Made by a program: the position numbers and the translations under genes. The notes below the pieces were generated by a model. It did no database searches. It worked only from the letters and a program-made list of their open reading frames with translations, and was not told the origin of the DNA. This document shows, piece after piece, positions 1 through 12,000 of a DNA stretch of 64,000 nucleotides. Within the stretch, counting starts at the first letter, position 1. Each line of letters starts with the position of its first letter. Source of the DNA: Eledone cirrhosa (lineage: Eukaryota); assembly GCA_964016885.1 (NCBI GenBank), contig OZ024741.1:386260001-386324000 (forward strand), read 5' to 3'.

Positions 1-3000
1 GTGGTATGGTGTGGTATGTTGTGGTGTGGTATGGTGTGGTGTGGTGGGTTGTGGTGTGGTGTGGTGTGGTGTGGTGGGTTGTGGTGTGGTGTGGTGTGGT
101 GTGGTGTGGTGTGGTGGGTTGTGGTGTGGTGTGGTGTGCTGTGGTGGGTTGTGGTGTAGTGTGGTGTGGTGTGGTGTGGTGTGGTGTGTTGGGTTGTGTT
201 GTGGTGTGGTGTGGTGTGGTTGGTTGTGGTGTGGTGTGGTGTGGTGTGGTGTAGTGTGGTGTGGAGTGGTGTGGTGTGGTGTGGTGGGTTGTGGTGTGGT
301 ATGGTGTGGTGTGGTGTAGTGTGGTGGTTGTGGTGGGTTGTGGTGTGATGTGGTGTGGTGTGGTGTGGTGTGGTGTGGTATGTTGTGGTGTGGTATGGTG
401 TGGTGTGGTGGGTTGTGGTGTGGTGTGGTGTGGTGTGGTGGGTTGTGGTGTGGTGTGGTGTGGTGTGGTGTGGTGTGGTGGGTTGTGGTGTGGTGTGGTG
501 TGGTGTGGTGGGTTGTGGTGTGGTGTGGTGTGGTGTGGTCTGGTGGGTTGTGATGTGGTGTGGTGTGGTGTGGTGGGGTGTGGTGTGGTGTGGCGTGGTG
601 GGTTGTGGTGTGGTGTGGTGTGGTGTGGTGGGTTGTGGTGTAGTGTGGTGTGGTGTGGTGTGGTGTGGTGGGTTGTGGTGTGCTGTGGTGTGGTGTGTTG
701 TGGTGTGGTGTAGTGTGGAGTGGTGTGGTGTGGTGTGGTGTGGTATGGTGGGTTGTGGTGTGGTGTGGTGTGGTGGGTTGTGCTGTGGTGTGGTGTGGTG
801 GGTTGTGGTGTGGTGTGGTGTGGCGGGCGTGGTGTGGTGGGTTGTGGTGTGGTGTGATGTGGTGTGGTGGGTTGTGGTGTAGTGTGGTGTGGTGTGGTGT
901 GGTGTGGTGTGTTGGATTGTGGTGTGGTGTGGTGTGGTGTGGTGGGTTGTGGTGTGGTTTGGTGTGGTGTGGTGTAGTGTGGTGGTTGTGGTGTGGTGTG
1001 GTGTGGTGGGTCGTGGTGTGGTATGGTGTAGTGTGGTGTAGTGCGTTGTGGTGTGGTGTGGTATCGTGTGGTGCGGTGTGGTATGTTGTGGTGGGTTGTG
1101 GTGTGGTGTGGTGGGTTGTGGTGTAGTGTGGTGTGGTGTGGTGGGTTGTGTTGTGTTGTGGTGTTGTGTGCTGTGGTGTATTGGGTTGTGGTGTGTTGGG
1201 TTGTGGTGTGGTGTTTGTGTGGTGTGGTTTAGTGTGGTGTGGTATGTTGTGGTATGTTGTGTTGTGGTGTGGTGTGGTGCGGTGTGGTATGTTGTGGTAT
1301 GTTGTGTTGTGTTGTGGTGTGGTGTGGTGTGTTGTGTTATGTTGAGTTGTGTTGTGTCGCGTTGTGGTGTGTTGTGGTGTGGTGTGGTGTGGTGTGGTGT
1401 GTTGTGTTGTGTTGTGTTGTGTTGTGTTGTGTTGTGGTATGGTGTGGTGTGGTTTTGGTATATTGTGGTATGTTGTGTTGTGTAGTGGTGTGGTGCGGTG
1501 CGGTGTGGTGTGTTGTGGTGTGTTGTGTTGTGGTGTGGTGTGGTGTGGTGTGGTGTGGTGTGGTGTGGTGGGTTGTGGTGTGGTGTGGTGTGGTGTGGTG
1601 TGGTGTGGTGTGGTGTGGTGTCTTGTGTTGTGTTGTGTTGTGTTGTGTTGTGTTGTGTTGTGGTGTGTTGCGTTGTGTGGTGTTGTAGTATGTTGTGGTG
1701 TGGTATGGTGTGGTATGTTGTGGTGTGGTATGGTGTGGTGTGGTGGGTTGTGGTGTGGTGTGGTGTGGTGTGGTGGGTTGTGGTGTGGTGTGGTGTGGTG
1801 TGGTGTGGTGTGGTGTGGTGGGTTGTGGTGTGGTGTGGTGTGGTGTGGTGGGTTGTGGTGTAGTGTGGTGTGGTGTGGTGTGGTGTGGTGTGTTGGGTTG
1901 TGTTGTGGTGTAGTGTGGTGTGGAGTGGTGTGGTGTGGTGTGGTGGGTTGTGGTGTGGTATGGTGTGGTGTGGTGTAGTGTGGTGGTTGTGGTGGGTTGT
2001 GGTGTGGTGTGATGTGGTGTGGTGTGGTGTGGTGTGGTGTGGTATGTTGTGGTGTGGTATGGTGTGGTGTGGTGGGTTGTGGTGTGGTGTGGTGTGGTGT
2101 GGTGGGTTGTGGTGTGGTGTGGTGTGGTGTGGTGTGTTGTGGTGTGGTGTGGTGGGGTGTGGTGTGGTGTGGTCTGGTGGGTTGTTGTGTGGTGTGGTGT
2201 GGTGTGGTGGGTTGTGGTGTGGTGTGGTGTGGTGGGTTGTGGTGCGGTGTGTTGTGGTGTGATTTGGAGTGGTGTGGTGTGGTGTGGTGGGTTGTGGTGT
2301 GGTGTGGTGTGGTGTGGTGTGGTGTGGTGTTGTGTAGTGTGGTGGGTTGTGGTGTGGTGTGGTGTGGTGTGGTGGTTGTGGTGTGGTGTGGTGTGGTGGG
2401 TTGTGGTGTGGTATAGTGGGTTGTGGTGTGGTGTGGTGTGGTGTGGTGTGGTGTGCTGTGGCGTGTTGTGGTGTGGTGGGTTGAGGTGTGGTGTTGTGTG
2501 GTGTGGTGTTGTGTGTGTGGTGTTGTGTGGTGTGGTGTTGTGTGTGTGGTGTGGTGTGGTGTGGTGTGGTGGGTTGTGGTATGGTGTGGTGTGGTGTGGT
2601 GTGGTGGGTTGTGGTGTGTGTGGTGTGGTGTGTTGTGGTGTGGTGTGGTGTGGAGTGGTATGGTGTGGTGTGGTGTAGTGTGGTGGGGTGTGGTGTGGTG
2701 TGGTGTGGTGTGGTGTGGTGTGGTGGGGTGTGGTGTGGTGTGGTGTGGTAGGTAGTGGTGTGGTGTGGTGTGGTGTGGTGTGGTGTGGTGGGTTGTGGTG
2801 TTGTGTGGTGTGTTGTGGTGTGGTGTGGTGGGTTGTGGTGTGCTGTGGTGTGGTGTGTTGTGGTGTGGTGTAGTGTGGAGTGGTGTGGTGTGGTGTGGTG
2901 TGGTGTGGTGTGGTGTGGTATGGTGGGTTGTGGTGTGGTGTGGTGTGGTGGGTTGTGCTGTGGTGTGGTGTGGTGGGTTGTGGTGTGGTGTGGTGTGGCG

Positions 3001-6000
3001 GGTGTGGTGTGGTGGGTTGTGGTGTGGTGTGGTGTGGTGGGTTGTGGTGTAGTGTGGTGTGGTGTGGTGTGGTGTGGTGTGTTGGGTTGTGGTGTGGTGT
3101 GGTGTGGTGGGTTGTGGTGTGGTGTGGTGTGGTGTGGTGTAGTGTGGTGGTTGTGGTGTGGTGTGGTGTGGTGGGTTGTGGTGTGGTATGGTGTGGTGTG
3201 GTGTAGTGCGTTGTGGTGTGGTGTGGTATCGTGTGGTGTGGTGTGGTATGTTGTGGTGGGTCGTGGTGTGGTGTGGTGGGTTGTGGTGTAGTGTGGTGTG
3301 GTGTGTTGGGTTGTGTTGTGTTGTGGTGTTGTGTGCTCTGGTGTATTGGGTTGTGGTGTGTTGGGTTGTGGTGTGGTGTTCGTGTGGTGTGGTTTAGTGT
3401 GGTGTGGTATGTTGTGTTGTGGTGTGGTGTGGTGTGGTGTGGTGTGGTATGTTGTGGTATGTTGTGTTGTGTTGTGGTGTGGTGTGGTGTGGTGTGTTGT
3501 GTTATGTTGAGTTGTGTTGTGTCGCGTTGTGGTGTGTTGTGGTGTGGTGTGGTGTGGTGTGTTGTGTTGTGTTGTGTTGTGTTGTGTTGTGTTGTGGTAT
3601 GGTGTGGTGTGGTTTTGGTATATTGTGGTATGTTGTGTTGTGTAGTGGTGTGGTGCGGTGCGGTGTGGTGTGTTGTGGTGTGTTGTGTTGTGGTGTGGTG
3701 TGGTGTGGTGTGGTGTGGTGGGTTGTGGTGTGGTGTGGTGTGGTGTGGTGTGGTGTGGTGTGGTGTCTTGTGTTGTGTTGTGTTGTGTTGTGTTGTGTTG
3801 TGTTGTGGTGTGTTGTGTTGTGTGGTGTTGTAGTATGTTGTGGTGTGGTATGGTGTGGTATGTTGTGGTGTGGTATGGTGTGGTGTGGTGGGTTGTGGTG
3901 TGGTGTGGTGAGGTGTGGTGGGTTGTGGTGTGGTGTGGTGTGGTGTGGTGTGGTGTGGTGGGTTGTGGTGTGGTGTGGTGTGGTGGGTTGTGGTGTGGTG
4001 TGGTGTGGTCTGGTGGGTTGTGATGTGGTGTGGTGTGGTGTGGTGGCGTGTGGTGTGGTGTGGTGTGGTGGGTTGTGGTGTGGTGTGGTGGGGTGTGGTG
4101 TGGTGTGGTGTGGTGGGTTGTGGTGTGGTGCGGTGTGGTCTGGTGGGTTGTGATGTGGTGTGGTGTGGTGTGGTGGGGTGTGGTGTGGCGTGGTGTGTTG
4201 TGGTGTGGTGTGGTGTGGTGTGGTGGGTTGTGGTGTAGTGTGGTGTGGTGTGGTGTGGTGTGGTGTGGTGTTGTGTTGTGGTGTGGTGTGGTGTGGTGTG
4301 GTGGGTTGTGGTGTGGTGTGGTGTGGTGTGGTGTGGTGTAGTGTGGTGTGGAGTGGTGTGGTGTGGTGTGGTGGGTTGTGGTGTGGTATGGTGTGGTGTG
4401 GTGTAGTGCGTTGTGGTGTGGTGTGGTATCGTGTGGTGTGGTGTGGTATGTTGTGGTGGGTTGTGGTGTGGTGTGGTGTGTTGTGGTGTTGTGTGCTGTG
4501 TTGTGTTGGGTTTTTTTGTGTTGGGTTGTGGTGTGGTGTTTGTGTGGTGTGGTTTAGTGTGGTGTGGTATGTTGTGGTATGTTGTGTTGTGGTGTGGTGT
4601 GCTGTGGTGTGGTATGTTGTGGTATGTTGTGTTGTGTTGTGGTGTGGTGTGGTGTCGTGTGGTGTCTTGTGTTGTGTTGTGTTGTGTTGTGTTGTGTTGT
4701 GTTGTGGTGTGTTGTGGTGTGGTGTGGTGTGGTGTGGTGTGGTGTGGTGTGGTGTGCTGTGGTGTGGTGGGGTGTGGTGGGTTGTTGTGTGGTGTCTTGT
4801 GTTGTGTTGTGTTGTGTTGTGTTGTGTTGTGGTGTGTTGTGGTGTGGTGTGGTGTGGTGGGGTGTGGTGGGTTGTTGTGTGGTGCCTTGTGTTGTGTTGT
4901 GTTGTGTTGTGTTGTGTTGTGTTGTGGTGTGTTGTGGTGTGGTGTGGTGTGGTGTGGTGTGGTGTCGTGTGGTGTCTTGTGTTGTGTTGTGTTGTGTTGT
5001 GTTGTGTTGTGTTGTGTTGTGTTGTGTTATGGTGTGTTGAGGTGTGGTGTGGTGGGGTGTGGTGTGGTGTGGTGTGGTGGGTTGTGGTGTGGTGTGGTGT
5101 GGTGTGGTGTGGTGTGGTGTGGTGTAGTGTGGTGTGTTGTGGTGTGGTGTGGTGTGGTGCGGTGTGGTGTGGTGGTTGTGGTGTGGTGTGGTGTGGTGGG
5201 TTGTGGTGTGGTATAGTGGGTTGTGGTGTGGTGTGGTGTGGTGGGTTGTGGTATGGTGTGGTGTGGTGTGGTGTGGTGTGCTGTGGCCTGTTGTGGTGTG
5301 GTGGGTTGAGGTGTGGTGTTGTGTGGTGTGGTGTATTGGGTTGTGGTGTGTTGGGTTGTGGTGTGGTGTTTGTGTGGTGTGGTTTAGTGTGGTGTGGTAT
5401 GTTGTGGTATGTTGTGTTGTGGTGTGGTGTGGTATGGTGTGGTATGTTGTGGTATGTTGTGTTGTGTTGTGGTGTGGTGTGGTGTGGTGTGTTGTGTTAT
5501 GTTGAGTTGTGTTGTGTCGCGTTGTGGTGTGTTGTGGTGTGGTGTGGTGTGGTGTGGTCTGTTGTGTTGTGTTGTGTTGTGTTGTGTTGTGGTATGGTGT
5601 GGTGTGGTTTTGGTATATTGTGGTATGTTGTGTTGTGTAGTGGTGTGGTGCGGTGCGGTGTGGTGTGTTGTGGTGTGTTGTGTTGTGGTGTGGTGTGGTG
5701 TGGTGTGGTGTGGTGTGGTGGGTTGTGGTGTGGTGTGGTGTGGTGTGGTGTGGTGTGGTGTGGTGTGGTGTCTTGTGTTGTGTTGTGTTGTGTTGTGTTG
5801 TGTTGTGTTGTAGTATGTTTTGGTGTGGTATGGTGTGGTATGTTGTGGTGTGGTATGGTGTGGTGTGGTGGGTTGTGGTGTGGTGTGGTGTGGTGTGGTG
5901 GGTTGTGGTGTGGTGTGGTGGGGTGTGGTGTGGTGGGTTGTGGTGTGGTGTGGTGTGGTGTGGTGGGTTGTGGTGTGGTGTGGTGTGGTCTGGTGGGTTG

Positions 6001-9000
6001 TGATGTGGTGTGGTGTGGTGGGGTGTGGTGTGGTGTGGTGTGGTGGGTTGTGGTGTGGTGTGATGTGGTGTGGTGTGGTGTGGGGTGGTGTGGTATGTTG
6101 TGGTGTGGTATGGTGTGGTGTGGTGGGTGGTGGTGTGGTGTGGTGTGGTGTGGTGGATTGTGGTGTGGTGTGGTGTGGTGTGGTATGGTGTAGTGGGTTG
6201 TGGTGTGGTGTGGTGTGGTGTGGTGGGTTGTGGTGTGGTGTGGTGTGGTCTGGTGGGTTGTGATGTGGTGTGGTGTGGTGTGGTGGGGTGTGGTGTGGTG
6301 TGGCGTGGTGGGTTGTGGTGTGGTGTGGTGTGGTGTGGTGGGTTGTGGTGTAGTGTGGTGTGGTGTGGTGTGGTGTGGTGTGGTGTGTTGGGTTGTGGTG
6401 TGGTGTGGTGTGGTGTGGTGGGTTGTGGTGTGGTGTGGTGTGGTGTGGTGTAGTGTGGTGATTGTAGTGTGGTGTGGTGTGGTGGGTTGTGGTGTGGTAT
6501 GGTGTGGTGGGGTGTAGTGCGTTGTGGTGTGGTGTGGTATGTTGTGGTGGGTTGTGGTGTGGGGTGGTGTGTTGTGGTGTAGTGTGGTGTGGTGTGGTGG
6601 GTTGTGGTGTGTTGTGGTGTTGTGTGCTGTGGTGTATTGGGTTGTGGTGTGTTGGGTTGTGGTGTGGTGTTTGTGTGGTGTGGTTTAGTGTGGTGTGGTA
6701 TGTTGTGGTATGTTGTGTTGTGGTGTGGTGTGGTGTGGTGTGGTATGTTGTGGTATGATGTTTTTGTGTTGTGGTGTGGTGTGGTGTGGTGTGTTGTGTT
6801 ATGTTGAGTTGTGTTGTGTCGCGTTGTGGTGTGTTGTGGTGTGGTGTAGTGTGGTGTGGTGTGGTGTGTTGTGTTGTGTTGTGTTGTGTTGTGGTATGGT
6901 GTGGTGTGGTTTTGGTATATCGTGGTATGTTGTGTTGTGTAGTGGTGTGGTGCGGTGCGGTGTGGTGTGTTGTGGTGTGTTGTGTTGTGGTGTGGTGTGG
7001 TGTGGTGTGGTGTGGTGTCTTGTGTTGTGTTGTGTTGTGTTGTGTTGTGTTGTGTTGTGTTGTGGTGTGTTGTGTTGTGTGGTGTTGTGGTATGTTGTGG
7101 TGTGGTATGGTGTGGTATGTTGTGGTGTGGTATGGTGTGGTGTGGTGGGTTGTGGTGTGGTGTGGTGTGGTGTGTTGGGTTGTGGTGTGGTGTGGTGTGG
7201 TGTGGTGTGGTGTGGTGTGGTGGGTTGTGGTATGGTGTGGTGTGGTGTGGTGGGTTGTGGTGTGGTGTGGTGTGGTCTGGTGGGTTGTGATGTGGTGTGG
7301 TGTGGTGTGGTGGGGTGTGGTGTGGTGTGTTGTGGTGGGTTGTGGTGTGGTGTGATGTGGTGTGGTGTGGTGTGGTGTGGTGTGGTGTGGTATGTTGTGG
7401 TGTGGTATGGTGTGGTGTGGTCGGTTGTGGTGTGGTGTGGTGTGGTGTGGAGGGTTGTGGTGTGGTGTGGTGTGGTGTGGTGGGTTGTGGTGTGGTGTGG
7501 CATGGTGTGGTGGGTTGTGGTGTGGTGTGGTGTGGTGTGGTGGGTTGTGGTGGGTTGTGGTGTTGTGCTGTGGGTTGTGGTGTAGTGTGGTGTGGAGTGG
7601 TGTGGTGGGTTGTGGTGTGGTGTGTGGTGTGGTGTGGTCGGTTGAGTTGTGGTGTGGTATGGTATGGTGTGGTGTGGTGTGGTGTGGTGGGTTGTGGTGT
7701 GGTGTGGTGTGGTGTGCTGTGGTGTTGTGTGGTGTGGTGCGGTGTTGTGGTGTGGTGTGGTGTGGTGTGTTGTGTTGTGTTGTGTTGTGTTGTGTTGGGT
7801 TGTGGTGTGGTGGGTTGTGGTGTGTTGTGTTGTGGTGTGGTGTGGTGTGGCGTGGTGTGGAGGTTGTGGTGTGGTGTGGTATGGTATGTTGTGGTGTGCT
7901 GTGGTGTGTTGTGGTGTGGTGTCGTGTGGTGTTTTGTGATGGGTTGTGGTGGGTTGTGGTGTGGTGTAGTGTGGTGTGGTGTGGTGTGGTGGGTTGTGGT
8001 GTGTGTGGTGTGGTGTGGTGTGGTGTTGTGTGGTGTGGTGTTGTGGTGTGGTGTGGTGTGTTGTGTTGTGTTGTATTGTGGTGTGGTGTGGTGTGGTGTG
8101 TTGTGTTGTGTTGTGTTGTGGTGTGGTGTGTTGTGGTGTGGTGTGTTGTGGTATGTTGTGTTGTGTTGTGGTGTGGTGTGGTATGTTGTGGTATGTTGTG
8201 TTGTGGTGTGGTGTGGTGTGGTGTGTTGTGTTGTGTAGTGTTGTGGTGTTGTGTGGTGTGGTGCGTTGTGTTGTGTTGTGTTGTGGTGTTGTGTGCTGTG
8301 GTTAGTTGGGTTGTGGTGTGTTGTGTTGTGGTGTGGTGTTTGTGTGGTGTGGTGTGGTATGTTGTGGTATGTTGTGGTGTGTTGTGTTGTGGTGTGGTGT
8401 GGTGTGGTGTGGTATGTTGTGGTATGTTGTGTTGTGTTGTGTTGTGGTGTGGTGTGGTGTGGTGTGGTATGTTGTGGTATGTTGTGTTGTGTTGTGTTGT
8501 GTTGTGTTGTGGTGTGGTGTGGTGTGGTGTAGTGTGGTGTGGTGTGCTGTGTTGCGGTGTGTTGTGTTGTGTAGTGTCGTGGTGTAGTGTGGTGAGGTGT
8601 GGTGTGGTATGTTGTGGTATGTTGTGTTGTGGTGTGGTGTGGTGTGGTGTGATGTGGTGTGGTGTGTTGTGTTGTGTTGTGTTGTGGTGTGGTGTGGTGT
8701 GGTATGTTGTGGTATGTTGTGTTGTGTTGTGGTGTGGTGTGGTGTGTTGTGTTATGTTGAGTTGTGTTGTGTCGCGTTGTGGTGTGGTGTGGTGTGGTGT
8801 GGTGTGGTGTGTTGTGTTGTGGTGTGATGTGTCGTGTTGTGTTGTGGTGTGTTGTGTTGTGGTATGGTGTGGTGTGGTGTGGTGTGGTATATTGTGGTAT
8901 GTTGTGTTGTGTAGTGGTGTGGTGTGGTGTGTTGTGGTGTGGTATGGTGTGGTGTGGTGTGGTGTGGTGTGGTGTGGTGGGCTGTGGTGTGGTGTGGTTG

Positions 9001-12000
9001 GGTGTGGTGTGCTGTGGTGTGGTGTGGTGTGGTGTGGTGGGTTGTGGTATGGTTTGGTGTGGTGTGGTGTGGCGTGGTGGGTTGTGATGTGGTGTGGTGT
9101 GGTGTGATGTGAAGTGGTGTGGAGTGGTGTGGTGTCGTTGGGTGGGGTGTGGTGCGGTGAAGCGTGGTATGGTGGGTTGTGGTGTGGTGTGGTGTGGTGT
9201 GGTGTGGTGGGTTGTGGTGTGGTGTGGTGTGGTGTGGTGGGTTGTGGTGTGGTGTGGTGGGTTGTGGTGGGTTGTGGTGTTGTGTGGTGGGTTGTGGTGT
9301 AGTGTGGTGTGGTGTGGTGTGGTGGGTTGTGGCGTGGTGTGTGTGGTGTGGTGTGGTGGGTTGAGTTGTGGTGTGGTGTGGTGTTGTGTCGCTTGGTGTG
9401 GTATGGTGTGGTATGTTGTGGTGTGGTATGGTGTGGTGTGGTGTGGTGTGGTGTGGTGGGTTGTGGTGCGGTGTGGTGTGGCCTGATGTGATGTGGTTTG
9501 GAGTGGTGTGGTATGGTGTGGTGTGGTGGTTTGTGGTGTGGTGTGGTGTGGTATGGTGGGTTGTGGTGTGGTGTGGTGTGGTGTGGTGGGTTGTGGTGTG
9601 GTGTGGTATGGTGTGGTGTGGTGTGGTGGGTTGTGGCGCGTGTAGGTGTTGTGTGCTGGGTTGTGGTGTAGTGTGCTGTGGTGTGGTGTGGTGTGGTGGG
9701 TTGTGGTGTGGTGTGTGTGGTGTGGTGTGGGGTGGTGTTGTGTGGTGTGGTGTAGTGTGTTATGTTGTGTGGTGTGGTGTCTTGTGTTGTGTTGTGTTGT
9801 GTTGTGTTGTGTTGTGTTGTGTTGTGGTGTGTTATGTTGTGTGGTGTTGTGGTTTGTTGTGGTGTGGTATGGTGTGGTATGTTGTGGTGTGGTATGGTGT
9901 GGTCTGGTGTGGTGTGGTGTGGTGTGGTGTGGTGTGGCGTGGTGGGTTGTGGTGTGGTGTGGTATCGTGTGGTATGTTGTAGTGTGGTATGGTGTGGTGT
10001 GGTGTGGTGTGGTGTGGTGTGGTGTGCTGCGGTGTGGTGTGGTGTGGTGGATTGATGTGTGGTGTGGTGTGGTGTTGTGTGTGTGGTGTGGTGTGGTGTG
10101 GTGTGGTGGGTTGTGGTATGGTGTGGTGTGGTGTGGCGTGGTGTGGTGTGGTGGGTTGTGGTGTGGTGTGGTGTGGTGTGGTGTGGTGTGATGTGGTGTG
10201 GTGTGGAGTGGCATGGTGTGGTGTGGTGGGGTGGGGCGTGGTGTGGTGTGGTGTGGTGTGGTGTGGTATGGTGGGTTGTGGTGTCGTGTGGTATGGTGTG
10301 GTGTGGTGTGGTGGGTTGTGGTGTGGTGTGGTGTGGTGTGGTGGGTTGTGGTGTGGTGTGGTGTGGTCTGGTGGGTTGTGATGTGGTGTGGTGTGGTGTG
10401 GTGTGGTGTGGTGTGGTGTGGTGTGGTGGGTTGTGGTGTGGTGTGATGTGGTGTGGTGTGGTGTGGTGTGGTGTGGTGGGGTGTGGTGTGGTGTGGTGTG
10501 GTGTGGTGTGGTTGGTTGTGGTGTGGTGTGGTGTGGTGGGTTGTGGTGTCGTGTGGAGTGGTGTGGTGGGTTGTGGTGGGTTGTGGTGGGTTGTGGTGTT
10601 GTGCTGTGGGTTGTGGTGTAGTGTGGTGTGGAGTGGTGTGGTGGGCTGTGGTGTGGTGTGTGGTGTGGTGTGGTCGGTTGAGTTGTGGTGTGGTATGGTG
10701 TGGTGTGGTGTGGTGTGGTGTGGTGTGGTGGGTTGTGGTGTGGTGTGGTGTGGTGTGGTGTGGTGTTGTGTGGTGTGCTGCGGTGTTGTGGTGTGGTGTG
10801 GTGTGTTGTGTTGTGTTGTGTTGTGTTGTGGTGTGGTGGGTTGTGGTGTGTTGTGTTGTGGTGTGGTGTGGTGTGGTGTGGTGTGGTGTGAAGGTTGTGG
10901 TGTGGTGTGGTATGGTATGGTGTGGTGTGCTGTGGTGTGTTGTGGTGTGGTGTCGTGTGGTGTGGTGTGATGGGTTGTGGTGGGTTGTGTTGTGGTGTGG
11001 TGTGGTGTGGTGTGGTGTGGTGTGAAGGTTGTGGTGTGGTGTGGTATGGTATGGTGTGGTGTGCTGTGGTGTGTTGTGGTGTGGTGTCGTGTGGTGTGGT
11101 GTGATGGGTTGTGGTGGGTTGTGGTGTGGTGTGCTGGGTTGTGGTGTAGTGTGGTGTGGTGTGGTGTGGTGGGTTGTGGTGTGTGTGGTGTGGTGTGGCG
11201 TGGTGTTGCGTGGTGTGGTGTTGTTGTGTGGTGTGGTGTGTCGTGTTGTGTTGTGTTGTGGTGTGGTGTGTTGTGGTGTGGTGTGTTGTGGTATGTTGTG
11301 TTGTGTTGTTGTGTGGTGTGGTATGTTGTGGTATGTTGTGTTGTGGTGTGGTGTGGTGTGTTGTGTTGTGTAGTGTTGTGGTGTTGTGTGGTGTGGTGCG
11401 TTGTGTTGTGTTGTGTTGTGGTGTGGTGTTGTGTGCTGTGGTTAGTTGGGTTGTGGTGTGTTGTGTTGTGGTGTGGTGTTTGTGTGGTGCGGTGTGGTAT
11501 GTTGTGGTATGTTGTGGTCTGGTGTGGTGTGGTGTGCTGTGGTGCGGTGTGGTATGTTGTGATATGTTGTGTTGTGTTGTGTTGTGTTGTGGTGTGGTGT
11601 GGTGTGGTGTGGTATGTTGTGGTATGTTGTGTTGTGTTGTGTTGTGTTGTGTTGTGTTGTGTAGTGTCGTGGTGTAGTGTGGTGAGGTGTGGTGTGGTAT
11701 GTTGTGTTGTGGTGTGGTGTGGTGTGGTGTGGTGTGGTGTGTTGTGTTTGGGTGTGTTGTGGTGTGGTGTAACGTGGTGTGGTGTGGTGTGGTATGTTGT
11801 GGTATGTTGTGTTGTGGTGTGGTCTGGTGTGGTGTGGTATGCTGTGGTATGTTGTGTTGTGGTGTGGTGTGGTGTGTTGTGCTGTGGTGTGATGTGTCGT
11901 GTTGTGTTGTGGTGTGCTGTGTTGTGGTATGGTGTGGTGTGGTGTGGTATATTGTGGTATGTTGTGTTGTGTAGTGGTGTGGTGTGGTGTGGTGTGGTGT